Source of the DNA: the human T2T-CHM13v2.0 reference genome, Homo sapiens
Strand: one strand, 5' to 3'
NCBI RefSeq assembly: GCF_009914755.1
Contig: NC_060938.1
Length of the DNA: 64,000 nucleotides
Shown: positions 11,663 to 24,574 of the stretch, piece by piece
How the letters are laid out: each line of letters opens with the position of its first letter
Position numbering within the stretch: the stretch's first letter is position 1
Notes under the pieces: model-generated
Told to the model about the DNA's origin: nothing
Seen by the model: only the letters and a program-made list of their open reading frames with translations
The model's database searches: none
Translations under genes and position numbers: made by a program

Positions 11663-13289
11663 GTGGGTGCGAGGGCGCGCGCTGGGGGCGCCGGGACGGG
11701 CGGGGCGGGGCAGGGCGCGGCGCGGGCACCTGGGACGGCCGCCCCCGCACGGGCGGAGCGCGAGGAGCCCCAGCCCAGCCCCGCGGGGAGGCTCCCGCAG
11801 CCCAGGGACCTCGAGCTTTCCCCGCGCCGGGCGCTGCAGCCGGGCCCCTCCCGCGAGGCGCCCGGCAGCCTGAGGCTTCCTTTTGGTTCCCGCCCCGGGA
11901 CGGGAGGCTCCGTCCGCTCCCTGGACAGCCGGGGTGCTCCCTCCTTCTCCCTCCCGCGCTCTCCTCCCCCGTCCGTTTGCAGGGAGGTGCTCTCCTCGGG
12001 CGGCGGGGAAGGCGGGGTGAGTGGGGAGAAAAGTGCCCGCGGAGATGGGCTGTGCGGGTGGAGGTGGAGGGTGAAGGGCCAGGGAGGTGCGGGGTTGGGG
12101 TCGGGGTTAGATTGTGGAGGGATGACAAGGACCTCCTGGCAGTGAGGAAGCGCGACTCCCGGAGGACCCGGACCCGGAGGAGAGTATTGAGAAGGGCTCG
12201 GGATTTCCATCCAATGAAGGCAGCTTCTCTCATGGCCATTGCTTCGGAGCTCTGGGCTGGGAGGGGATCTAGGGGTGGCCGGGGTCCCCTTTGGGCTCTC
12301 CTGTCTCCCACGCCAGGTTATATAAGGAGGCAAGCAGGCTCCTGTAGGTAACCAGCCTCTCCCTTGCCCAGCCCAGCTTAGAAGGCTCTCCTCTGCTCCT
12401 CCCTTCAAAGGAGGTTGTCGAGGGGTAGGGGTGCAGTGGGGGGTGGGAGAGTGTAGGGGTGGATTGGGCCTTCCACCTGGATCCCTGGACCCTGGGATGG
12501 CAGAGCCAGGCTTTGCCTGGGTCAGTAGGAGGAGCAGGGAAGATGAGGAGGCTGGGGAAGATGGGGAGGTCCTGGCTCTTTTGCAGGGATGGAGAGGCTG
12601 GTGGAAGGAGAAATCAGCCGACCCCCTTGGGTCATCTCCAGTTGCAAGATGGCGTGGCCCTTGCCCAGGGTGCTGCCCTCCCTGTTGGAATCCAGGGCAT
12701 GGGGCTATGGCCCGACCACGTGTGCTCAGGGCAAATGTGCTCAGGTCTATATCTCAGAAAGGGCTTGCAGCCTGCTTAGGCGTGTGTACCCAGGCTTAAA
12801 TCTTGGTGGTCTCTCCCTAGGGTCTTAATTGGAGGAGCATCAGGAATTGGGAAGCTTTGAACCATGTTTGGGTACATTTGTACCCAAACGTCCTTTAAGC
12901 CCTTGGTAGAAACTGCATTCGCGTATCATCTCCCTTCCCCCCAACCTTCCTTCCCTGAGGGTTTTAAAAAACACTTCCCATTGCTTTTACCTTTCCAGCA
13001 AATCTGGCTGCAGCTTGGATGGATAGCTTATCTTCCTTTGCAGGTTTCTAGGGGAGAGTTTAACCAGGTATCAGGTGTGAGCATGGCTCTGATTTTGTAT
13101 AAACCTGAGGATCGAGGAAGAGAAGCAAAATCTATTCTCACACCTCTGGGTGGTTAAGGTTTTGCCTTGTTTAGAGCAGGGAGGATGGATTTCTCAAAGA
13201 CTCTTCTGTTCCCTTCTACTTTGGCTTTGGTTCAGAGCTGCAGGCAGCTCCAGAATCTTCCTGAAGAGCTGGGTGCTGTGTGATTTGAA

Positions 13290-13396
13290 GGGCTGCAGGA
13301 AGTCATGGGTGTGTAGACCTCTGGCTTTTCTCCTAGGTGGGCTGCAGGAAGTCATGGGTGTGTAGACCTCTGGCTTTTCTCCTAGGTTGGCTGCAG
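13290..13396. repeat. 49-bp tandem duplication (~2.2 copies)
   Basis: GGCTGCAGGAAGTCATGGGTGTGTAGACCTCTGGCTTTTCTCCTAGGT at 13291 and 13340, then GGCTGCAG at 13389. Confidence 0.95.
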
Positions 13397-14169
13397 CCAC
13401 CTCCAAGGAGATGTGTTGCAAAGTGGTGACAATGCCCCCTAGGAAGGGTTTGGATAAGGGTCTCCCCACTCATCCACTGCCTAACTTTTGCAGCTACCAG
13501 GGAATGCTCCTCCTGACTCCCTGGGTTTGTTGTCATCTCCCTACCTGTTTGTAGGATGTGTGGGCATTTTTTTCCAACCTGCAGAATCCCTGGCAGGAAT
13601 AGGCTCTCTGGGCCTTGTTTGTCGTGGGGCTACTGGTGTTGCAATGGGCTGTCTCTCTCGAGTGTCTGTTTCCAGCTCCACTCTGGAAAGAAAGGGGCCA
13701 ACGCCGACTCTAGGCCGGCCTGCTCTGTATTCATTCAGCTCCAGCTCAACTTGAGCAATCAGAGCCAGGGTTGAGGGCAAGCTACATTCTTTTCTGCCTT
13801 TCTGCTGCAGGATGCAGTTTGCTTTTTTTCCATGCGAATGAATTATGTTTGAAACCGAAATGGGAGGAAGAGAAAAATGGAGTGAGTGTATATGGGTATG
13901 TGTGTGTGCATACCTATATAGGCAGGGGAGGGCAGCAGGCACATTATTTTTCCATTTTCCTTTAATTAAGGCTCTGTGGAGGTGTGTTTGAAAACAGAGG
14001 GTCTCCTATGCCTTTGAGGAGGGTGAGAACACTGTTTTGGCTGCGTCCCGGGCCATATGCAGCGTATGGTGGCCAATGAAACCGGGCCTGGCTCATTCTG
14101 TTGCTTGTCTTGGCAGTCGGTTCCGTGGCTTGTATTACCAGCTCTGGAACTTAGGGGCTGCCAAGCTCC

Positions 14170-14233
14170 ATGTGCCTGTGTATGTGTGTGTGCGTGTGCA
14201 TGTGTGTGCACATGCGTTCTTGTGTGTGTGTGT
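14170..14233. repeat. Imperfect (TG)n microsatellite
   Basis: Alternating TG/CA run. Confidence 0.85.
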
Positions 14234-15284
14234 GGTTTGGCCTCTCGGAACTCAGCAGAGACAAATGCCTTAGCGACCCAGTCTTGGAATTTTCAGACTG
14301 TGTTTCTTTACTTATTGCTGGCTGTGGGAGGCCTGGCCAGAGCCCACCATTCTTAGTTGTTGTTGTTTTTTAGTCTGTTTTCTTGCTGCAGCCCACGGGA
14401 TTTAGTTGCAGAGCTCCATTTGCAAAGCTTCAGCTGGCCAGTGGCATTTTTTAAAAAAAAGACCAGGGCGATTATCACACCTTGTGTGTGTGTCTGTATT
14501 AGGTGTGGTAGTGTTAACCCCTGCCAGCCACCAAGGACCAGAGCTGGCGTGAAGTAGAAGGGAAAATAGAAAGCTTGTCCAATGGTTGTACGCTCCCAGC
14601 TTCCTCTTGCTGCCTGGGTTAAAGATTCCTGGCAGAGATAACTTCATATGTATTTATTGAGCGCCTACATTAGGCAGAGGACAAAGCGATGTTATAGGCA
14701 AGGCCTTGGAAGCATTTCTCTGGTCTCCAGGGAAGAGCAGGAGTTCCCTGGGGGTTGGTTCCAGGTTCTTCTATGGCTGGGATGGCTGTGCAGGGATCAC
14801 GGCTGCCAGTGTTCAGTGGCTTCTCTTGAACCCAGCTACCGCTCCTTGTCTTCTTATGAAGCAGTGCAGGGATGGAGTAGAGGGCACAGGAGATGCTGGC
14901 TGTCTGCCTTGGGGCAGAAATGGAAACCTAGTTCTTGATGGCACCTTGTTGCCAGTGTCTGTGCAGCTGTGTTCTGGCCTGCAGGGTGGAGGAGACCTTA
15001 GAGGAAACCGAGGCCGAGGGCAGGTGCTGGGCCCCATTTCTGCACCTTCTACCCAGCCCTGACCTGGCACCCTTTGTTTCTGTTCTGCAGTCAACTGCCA
15101 GGATGCAAGATGGTCCTGCCCCCTTGGGGTTTAGAGCTGGAAAGTGGGAGAGCGGAGAATCCTCTGGGGAGAATCCTCTTCATGGCTGCAGGAAACAGAG
15201 ACTAGTCCAGAAGGGACCTTGAGGGGTCATCTGGCACTAGTGCCCCTCCAGGAAGGAAGGCCCTGGTGGCCACACTGACTTCAC

Positions 15285-15505
15285 TCTTACTATGTGCAGG
15301 CACTGTTCCAGGTACTTTCCAAGTATTAACTAATTTAATCCTCTTGACAGCCATACAGGGCAAATAACATTGTTATTCTTTACAGCTGAGGAAAGAGAGG
15401 CACAGAGAGGTTAGGGAACTTGCCCAAGGGCACACAGCTAGTAAGAAGGGACAGAGCTAGGATTCACACTCAGGTGATCTGGCTCCAAAACCGCCACTCT
15501 TAACC
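15285..15505 (-). mobile_element. MIR SINE
   Basis: GAGGCACAGAGAGGTTAGGGAACTTGCCCAAGGGCACACAGCTAGTAAG core. Confidence 0.8.
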
Positions 15506-15736
15506 CCCCCTTCCTCTTGGCCTGCAGAGCTGGGGACAGCCATCTGAAGAGGGCCTTTTGCTGCTCGCCTTCACTCTCAGTCTTGGGGCCTTCCCCATCA
15601 TCTTGCTTCTCGCCTTCTGGATCTCCTCGACTTTTGGAAGCCGCGTGACCTACGTCATTCAGATTCCAAGAGAGAGGTCATCCTGGGTGATTCCTTAGCT
15701 CCAAGAAGAGGCTTGGTGGTTGATTCTCCAAGATTC

Positions 15737-15746
15737 ATGGTAGCAG
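15737..15746 (+). CDS. JDP2: Coding end of an alternative upstream JDP2 exon (Met-Val-Ala-G), giving a 174-aa isoform MVAGWPATPPA-MMPGQ...
   Basis: ATG GTA GCA G|GTACTA donor; 10 nt plus 23 nt of exon 2 (21309-21331) is 11 codons in frame with ATG 21332; matches my recollection of a 174-aa isoform. Confidence 0.75.
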
Positions 15747-16329
15747 GTACTATGCGCCATGACCCCTGGCCTGGCACCTTTCTGACCTTCTCTGTGGACT
15801 CCTGCCCTCCGCATCCGGTTCTGTCCTGGGAATCTTCCCAGGCTCTGGCTCCCAAGGTCCCCCACTTCTCTTGTTGAGTCTCAGTCGCCATTGCCCATGC
15901 CCTGCCGTCGACTTCCAACCCCTTATTTCTCATGGGGCTTGCCCCTGTAAACTCCCTCCCTCCTTGGCTTGTCACTCTCACCTCCGCATTCTCCCAGCAC
16001 CAAACCTTGAACCTTAGACCGCACCCACGTGCACACCCATTCCTATTCCTCGTGGCAGCCCAAGCCAGCTGCTGGCCCGGAGGGGAGCTTACCTTCTCAA
16101 AGAGGCCCAGGAGTTTTATAGCCTCCTTGAAACCTTTGTTTCTATGGACAGAAAGTTCATGATGCAGATGCTAAGTTTCTCTTAACCTGTTTCTTTTTAT
16201 TTACCTTTGCCATTCTGGATGAAAATGCTGATCGTTGGGCACTTTCTAGCAAGAACGGCCCTTGTACCTTTGACCCATAAAACAAGACTGTTATCATTTA
16301 TAGACACTTCCATTAAAAAAAGATTTAAG

Positions 16330-16637
<308 letters not shown>

Positions 16638-16644
16638 TAAGGGG

Positions 16645-16724
16645 TTAGGTTGGTGCAAAAGTAATCGCGGGTTTTGCCATTATGCTCAATGGCAAAAACC
16701 GTGATTACTTTTGCACCAACCTAA
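16645..16724. mobile_element. MADE1 (Hsmar1 mariner MITE), 80 bp
   Basis: TTAGGTTGGTGCAAAAGTAAT...ATTACTTTTGCACCAACCTAA inverted repeats; TA on the right side. Confidence 0.95.
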
Positions 16725-19700
16725 TATTTTACAGATTTACACACAAAAAATGAGAGAGGAAAACCAGAGGAAAAAGCTTAATAAGTTACCTTTAGCTTTT
16801 CTTTTCTCTGAAATGACACTTCATGTTAGTATCTCCCAGGAGGGTCTATTTTCTAGACTTGACATGTTTTGTGGCTTTTCTTCTGCTTGTACAATGCAGT
16901 GTCCTAACTGTGTGCCCACAGGTCACTGAGGAAGAGTAGGGAGTACAGCTCTCAGACCTTTTTTTTTTTTTTTTTCAAGTTCTTTCCTCTTGGATCCATC
17001 TGGTCCCCATTTTCTTCAAGTTGGCTTTCAGGGAGCTGCATCATAATCTTAGGATCAACAACAGCTTAGGGTCCACGGTGACCTTCTGAACCTCGTCTGT
17101 CTGATTCATGCCTTGCTAGTCAGTCGCCATCTTGGATGTGTGCTTCACCCAGCTTTCCTTCATTGGCTGGCTTCCAACTTATTCCTGGTCAGTGTCCCGC
17201 ATTGCCAGTCTTCTTGGATTCCAGGCCTATATTTTGAGGCATAAGCCCCTTTTCCCAATGTTGGTGTTCTGCCAATGGATAGAACTTAATCCTTATTTAT
17301 GCCCCCTAGTTACTCATGGAGACACTGAGGATGTTTATCTGCCTTTCAGACCTCCTGGGCCCTGAAGGGAAAAAACTCTGGGTTCTTCTGAAGCTTTTAG
17401 TGCGTAGTTCTTCTTTTCCTACTAAATTGTTTCCGTATGGAACAACCAGTGTGGGAGATGATTTCACCTCTTGTCATCTTTCCTAAGTCTTCCTTGAAGT
17501 GGGTAAGTTCCTTCTGGCTGTTACTGGTTCCTTGGTGCTGCCACCTCCACTGCCCCCCACTCCCCCTTTTTTATAGATCCCTAAATCACATCAAATTGTT
17601 TTATTTTTCAAATCACTAAAGTTGCCTTTCTGCCTTAGATCGTCAGCCAGCTCTTTGCAGTTAATGAGGATCCAATTATGAAAGGCAGCTGCTCAGCTCC
17701 TCCATCTTCTATCCCCCACCCCCAGAAATGTTTAGGATGACTTCTGGCTGGTGAATATCAGCTGTTGTGGTTGTCTCCTAGGAATGGCATGGCTGAGGGC
17801 TTTGTGGTTTATATCTGAGCAGTTAGGGGCTCTTTTGCAGGGGGAGGAAAGACAGGGGGACTTTTGCTTCTACAAAGGAAAGACTAGTGCCTTGTCTCCT
17901 GGGTGAGGCTTGTCATTGGGATGGATTCACAGGCGAGCAGAAATGGCAAAATTTATGGGGCCCGTGCTCCCAGGGGGTGGCCGCTCCTTCAGGGGGTTCC
18001 ACAGTAGCAGAAAATGCATTATATTTTGGGATCATTTGTTAGTGTCTCATTTCTACCATCTGTATGAGAATAAACAGAAGCTGCAAACAGAGCCTATCAT
18101 TCCCGGAACAGAATGGGGTCTGGCTTCCATCTCCCAGAGATGGAAGGCTTAGGCAGGGAAATACACAGAAGCCTCTGGAGTGTTTTTCTTGGGGTCTACT
18201 GTGGGAATGAATAACTTGGAGGTGAAATTACAGCCTGATAACGAGCATCTAAGCTTCCAGAGATGGATTCTTACACCATTTGCTGAATTTTGCTCTGCTG
18301 TGAATTTGCTGTCATTTGTTCATTCATTTATTCACTTAGTTATTATTTCAACAAGTATTATTGATGATGCTTTCTGCGCCAGAAATGATGCTAAGCACTG
18401 GGGTCACCCGGGCAACAACCAGCCCTGACTGCTGCTTACCACCTGGAATCACAGCGCTGCTGGCCGCGTGGCCACATGGTTTGTTCCCGGCACAGTTTTG
18501 CTACAAGGAATAGGTCTTCCTGCTGGCCCCTTCCCTGTTCTCCTTAGAGGAGGCCAGGGGAGACGTGCAGCTCATCTACAGGGCCCTGGAGCGGCCTCCT
18601 AGCGTGGCAGGCTGCAGCCCTCTCTGCATTGCAGGTTCCATTCCAGAGGGCTGAGAGGGAGCTCTCTTACTGCCACTAGGCTCCAGTCCAGCTCAGAGTT
18701 TGGGGGATCAGAGAACATTGAACACCCACATGCGAGAGGTCTCAGGGGCTATTTCTGTGTCTGGGCTCCCATGCAGGCTACCGTGGAGTTATTCAGGGAA
18801 CTTCCTAAACCTGGATCTCCATGGGGGGTGGAGGGTCCTCTGTGCAAGACAATGACCCTCTACTGTGGGCTGGTGTCTGAAAGCCCACCGTGAGAAAGTC
18901 ATTCCTTCTGCTGAAGGCGTCGTTACCTATTGGACCCCAGAAAGGGAAACAAAGAAGGAAGGGTGAGAAAGCTTTGGTCTAGAACCCTGGGACCAGGAGT
19001 CGAGCCCTGGCTCCAATCCTCTCCAGCTGTGTGACCTTGGGGAGGCCATTTAGCCTCTCTGAGCTTTAGTTTCCTCCTGTCAAAATGAGGATGTGGTTTA
19101 GATGAGCACAGGGCCTCCTTCAGCTCTAAAACTGTAACTCAATGTGATTGAGCCTCAGATCTTTTTCTGATGGCCCAGGGGACACGGGGTGAAGGAAGGA
19201 GAGAAAGGATGTGAGTGGGAAGGAGTGCTAAGAGGACCGGGTATGGGAGGCACAGTAGGTAGAGCACAGTTAGAGGAGCCTGAGGACACCAAATAAAAAC
19301 TCTGGGGCAAGCCAGGGAGCTATGGGCAGAGGCTTTATGACAGATGCAGCAGGCATGCTGAGGATGAAATGGCGGGTCCACTTCCCATTCCCAGGCACCT
19401 CGCTTTAGACACCTTGCTTTAGACAAAGTGATGGCCAGTGGAAACCTTTGTGCTTGAGGGTGCAAGTTACTCACATGCTTTTTCTCTTAGAGAAATAGAA
19501 CTTATTGGGAAATAGACTCTGGACTTGGACAGGGAACCAAATTTCACCTTCAAAAGTGAAATGTAGATGGAGAATATGGCTTGCACTCTTGGCCAAAACA
19601 GGTTCACAAATGCCCCTCTCTGGAATGATCTAGACCTGGGAAGCTGAATGGGGGCAGGTGGTTGTGGGTCACCCTCCAAGGCCACTCCTGCAGGAGACAG

Positions 19701-20216
19701 AGAGCCCAAGAACCATGTGGCCATCTGAGTACATTAACTGCCCAACGGAGAAGTATTGTCCGATGGACATCAGATCTTCCCTCTTCTGCCAAATACATCT
19801 CTCTCCATGGGAAGAGACAGGTAAAGATGGAAGGATAGGCCAAAGATTTTCCCTCAGGAGTGCTAAGCCAGCGAATATTTTGATTTTATGGCCCTGGGCA
19901 GAAAGGTGAAAAGAGGGAGAAATGATTTCCTTTCCAGGACTAGAATCTAAGAGCAGTTTTGTACTAACATGCTACTTAAAAGGCTGCTTCAAAGCTAAGA
20001 CTGCACATCTGACCTCCATATTCCTAGTGCCTGCTGGCCTATAGTAGGTGGTCAGTAACTGGATGGATGGGTAGGTAGGAGGAGCCCTTTAAGGGACTGG
20101 CTTTATTGGCAGACCAGCTTTCTTCACTGCCATCTGTGCCTTGAAATGACCATTTCTTACCCATGAGCTTCCCCCAGTAAAGGGAAGGAAGAATTCCCTT
20201 GGTGTTGACCTGTCTA

Positions 20217-20726
<510 letters not shown>

Positions 20727-21331
20727 TCATCTCCTACTCAGGGTGTCTTAACAAATATGCAGAATAGGATGTGTGATTGGAGGGGAGGCACCATGCCAGA
20801 CCAAAAATAGCTTCCTCTGAAACAGGTGTGAAGGTGCTTGAGGTTCTGCCGTTATAATTCGCTCTCTTCAGAGACTGTATGCTGCCATTGAAATCCCAGC
20901 TCCACCAATTTTAACTGTGTACAACCTTAAGCGAATTATCATTCTAAGCTTGGCTACTTCCTCTGTGTAATGACCTCTGATCCAGCCTAATGGGACTGCA
21001 GGATTACCATGGGGCCTGGCACATACCAAAGGCTGAATACATGTTGCCTATGATTGGGTCAAGCATTGCCTTCAAAATAAAAAAGGCAGACACTTCTGGC
21101 AGTGCCAAGGGTGACCTTGGTGTGAGTTAATTGAGCAACTTTTCCTCTATAACAGGAAGGACTTTACGGCAGGAAGAGCAGCTGGGTGGGAAAGGGATTC
21201 AGGGGAACATTGGTGAAAGAAGCCACAGTCCTGGCAAGACGAGGGACTTGAGCCCTCCTGGAGCCCCCAACCTGGCTGACTGTCCTGCTCTTTTCCTGCC
21301 CACTCCAGGCTGGCCTGCCACTCCTCCTGCT

Positions 21332-21532
21332 ATGATGCCTGGGCAGATCCCGGACCCTTCGGTGACCACAGGCTCCCTGCCAGGGCTTGGCCCCCTGACC
21401 GGGCTCCCCAGCTCGGCCCTGACTGTGGAGGAGCTGAAATACGCTGACATCCGCAACCTCGGGGCCATGATTGCACCCTTGCACTTCCTGGAGGTGAAAC
21501 TGGGCAAGAGGCCCCAGCCCGTGAAAAGTGAG
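21332..21532 (+). CDS. JDP2: JDP2 coding exon 1 (aa 1-67); exon spans 21309-21532
   Basis: MMPGQIPDPSVTTGSLPGLGPLTG...KRPQPVKSE; acceptor CACTCCAG|GC, donor GAG|GTGAGC; VKSE SUMO consensus at K65. Confidence 0.98.
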
Positions 21533-21597
21533 GTGAGCGAGCCTTTTACCCCTGGCAGATTCCAGGTCTGGCCTTAAACCCACCATGGGACCTTAAC

Positions 21598-21761
21598 CTT
21601 GCTGTTCAAAGTGTGGTCTGAGGACCAGTATCATCCGTACCACCCTGGGGTTATCAGAAATGTGGAATCCCAGGCCTCGCCCCAGGCCTTCTGTATCAGA
21701 ATCTGCATCTTAACAAGATCCCCCAGGGATTCGTGGACGTATTAACACTTGAGAAGCACTG
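21598..21761. mobile_element. MER5A-like hAT-Charlie relic (similar relics near 26085-26230, 31668-31815 and 38545-38660)
   Basis: TCAAAGTGTGGTC...ATCAGAATCTGCAT...AACAAGATCCCCCAGG...TTGAGAAGCACTG. Confidence 0.75.
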
Positions 21762-24529
21762 GGCCAGGGGAGGATGTTTAACCTGTCTCTGGTTCTCTGG
21801 GGGGCGGTGGAAGAGTGATAATAATGACAGTAATGAATAGTAATATCTTGGCCATCTCTCTGGGGTGGTGGGAGGATTGGGGAGATAATGGGAATGGGAA
21901 TGTGTACATGTTTTGAAAAGTAGACAAGAGAATGCCAATATTAGGTTATCTTTTAAAATTGTTATCATTAGTCACATCGTGACCTCCACCCCTCTTGGCC
22001 CTTTCTGCAGCTGAACCAGGGAACTTGGAGGAAGAGTAGCGTGGCCTCCCTTCCCAAGCAGCTGCCAGAGCTAGGCATGGCCTCGGTCAGCCAGCAGTGT
22101 CCGCCTTAGATGGCGTTTGCCCGGGACCCACACGTGGAGCACCCACATGTGGCATTTGCAAGGAATTCCTCCTCAGGTCCCTTGCACCTGCAGCTCTCAT
22201 GAGCCCTTTTTCTCGGGGCACTGGTGAGCAGCAGCAGTCCCCGGCATGGCTGAGGATCTGTGCAGGGCATGCCCCCGGCGACTTGCCCAGGGCTGGCCGT
22301 TTCTCTGAAGGCCTGTCCCAGCAAGGTTCCCAGCAGCGCCGTTTCTTCAGAGGCCTGCCAGAGTAGCTGCCCCCTGGAAAGGAGGAGCCTGTGGTGGGAG
22401 GTGGGGAAGAGGCTGGGATCGGGAGGGCGCAGGAAGCAGCTGAGCATCTGGGAATGGTAGCTCTGCTTGGAGGGAGAGTTCACAGGCAAAGATGAGCCTG
22501 GGGGGAGCTCGGAGGGCTGAAGTGCTGGAAGTGCTGGAGAGAGGACTTTCTTCGTGGAGAAGGGTGTCTGGGTACCCGTAGGGGAGAGCTGGGGATATTA
22601 GGCAACTATCTCTCAGCTCCCCTTCTCCTGATAGGTACCTAAAAACTGCAGAGGACTGCTGGGGGCTTGGCTGTGGTGGCAAACTGGCCGTGGTGGCAAA
22701 CTGGCCATTTGCAGGCTGGACCTGGCTCTCAGATGTATTTTGTTTGGCCGGCTCAGTGTTTTAAAAGAAACGCGAACCCCCATTTCATTTGAAAATTTTG
22801 ATTAAAAAATTGTAAGATCTCATCATACACTACCCTGTTCTGGCATGGTAATGGCTAAGTGGGGTGGACAGAGGCACTTCACTGTTTCCTCTTTCCAGTG
22901 GGCCACAGGCCCCTGCACCTCCCTGTTATTCGTGATCCTACTTACATTGTTGGTTTTGCTTTTGCTACTACCATCTGCCTTCATTTACCTCTACTGCCTG
23001 GTCCCTGTTAGCCATTTGTGCTCAAGACACGTGGATAAGGTCCATCATAGGTGCCTACTAAAGACTGTGGATTACAAGCTGTGAGTTGATGGTGATTACA
23101 TTCTTCTGAATTGATCTTGTAAGCCAATGTGTCGTTGGGGCACATCCCGGCTTATATAGTGTTCTGTCTTCACGATGGAGGGTCCTTGTCTTTTGGCCCT
23201 CTGCTCCTCACCTTCCCAGGTCTGTAACTTGAGAGCATCTGTTTCTGGATCATTCCACAGTAAAATTGCCATTTAGAGCCAGTAGCTGAGCAGTTTCATG
23301 GGGGCACTAAGGCTGCGCATGGGGTTGATGAAGAGCCAGGTGTCTTGGGCAGAGGTCGTCAAGCTGGGATTCGCCTGGGGGGCTGAGTTAACACCTCTCT
23401 CCTCTGCAAAAGGCACTGGAGGAACTCTTCCCTTTTTTTATTTTTTATTTTTGGAAAAGCCACTTTTATTTGGGTTGGGTATTTTTACATTTTACAGCCA
23501 CCCCCAAATTGGTGGCATCTGCCCTGTACCCGACAGTGACGTGCTGTCCTCACAGGCACCCACAGACGTGCACCATCCAGGCCGCAAAAATAACAAGCCG
23601 TTTTTAGGGCATATTTGCATGTCCTCTCCCTCGCTGTCAGACTGCAGTGTTGTGGGGGCGAAGAGGCAGATGGAGCTGCGAGATTGTACCGATGTAGAGA
23701 GATGCCAGCCCTGCACTGCGAACCGACCTCCAAATGCTTCCTAGGTCAGACCCCAGGGGCGGGAAGAGCTAATTCTTGGAGTAACTAAAACCTAAAGCGG
23801 GGTGGGGAAAGAAACTTGCAGCTGAAGAATCTATGGTCTGAAGATCTATTTGCATATGGCAAACTGCCTTGAGCGGATTTTCATATTGGCATTTTAGACT
23901 AGTAAAAGTTTCTTTAATAATAATCAGATACTAGCTCATTAAGCATTTAATATGTCCCAGGACCTGCACAAAGTGCTTAACATGCATGACTTCATTCATT
24001 CCTTATTCAGTCCTGGAGTCCAGGTTACCCCCATAGTAGAGAAGAGTTTGAGGTCTAGGGAGGGGGTTCAGTCACTCAGGGTCACACTGCTGGGAAGTGA
24101 TAGCGCTGGGGCCTGGTGTGGTGGACGATGGCTGCCGTTACAGCCGGGTCTCACTTGTGCTGAGCTAAGCCCTAGGCACGGTACTAGGTCTCTTTGTGAA
24201 GTACCTTGTTTACCCTGCACAAGTACCCTCTGAAGTAACTAGTGTTGTTGCTGTTGTTATACCCACATTACAGATGAGGTCAACAAGGCTGAGGGAGGTC
24301 CAAGGTCACTGGCTGGGAAATGAGCTCAGGCAGTCTGCCTTGAGCCCAAGCTTTAACCACATGCCGTGTGGCCTCCCATGCCTCTATACCCCTTCCAGGC
24401 TTCTAACCAGAGCTCTGTTGAGCTGGGGAGGCTGGATGAACCTGGCCGCAGAATGTTCGATCATTTTGATGACATTGTCTGATGAGTGCTGAGCCCTGCA
24501 GTCCTGCAGCCTTACTGTCTCCTAGTTCC

Positions 24530-24574
24530 GAGAGAGAGAGAGAGGGAGAGAGAGAGAGAGAGCGAGAGAGCGAG
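24530..24574. repeat. (GA)n microsatellite
   Basis: ~20 GA units with few interruptions. Confidence 0.95.

Larger units (their letters stand above)
10900..12350. promoter_or_regulatory. CpG island / JDP2 main promoter
   Basis: Very high GC and CpG density, GC boxes, long stop-free ORFs on both strands. Confidence 0.95.

Noticed and set aside
10884-12408. Long ORFs (475, 384 and 335 aa) on both strands
   Set aside because: Low-complexity Arg/Pro/Gly/Ala translations expected in a stop-poor CpG island; no recognisable domain
13290-13396. Direct repeats as a CRISPR-like array
   Set aside because: Contiguous tandem copies, no spacers, eukaryotic context
21131-21577. 148-aa ORF as a stand-alone gene
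   Set aside because: It is JDP2 exon 2 plus in-frame intronic flanks
22673-22706. 17-bp tandem duplication GTGGTGGCAAACTGGCC x2
   Set aside because: Short slippage event at the edge of a probable hAT relic; no sign of function
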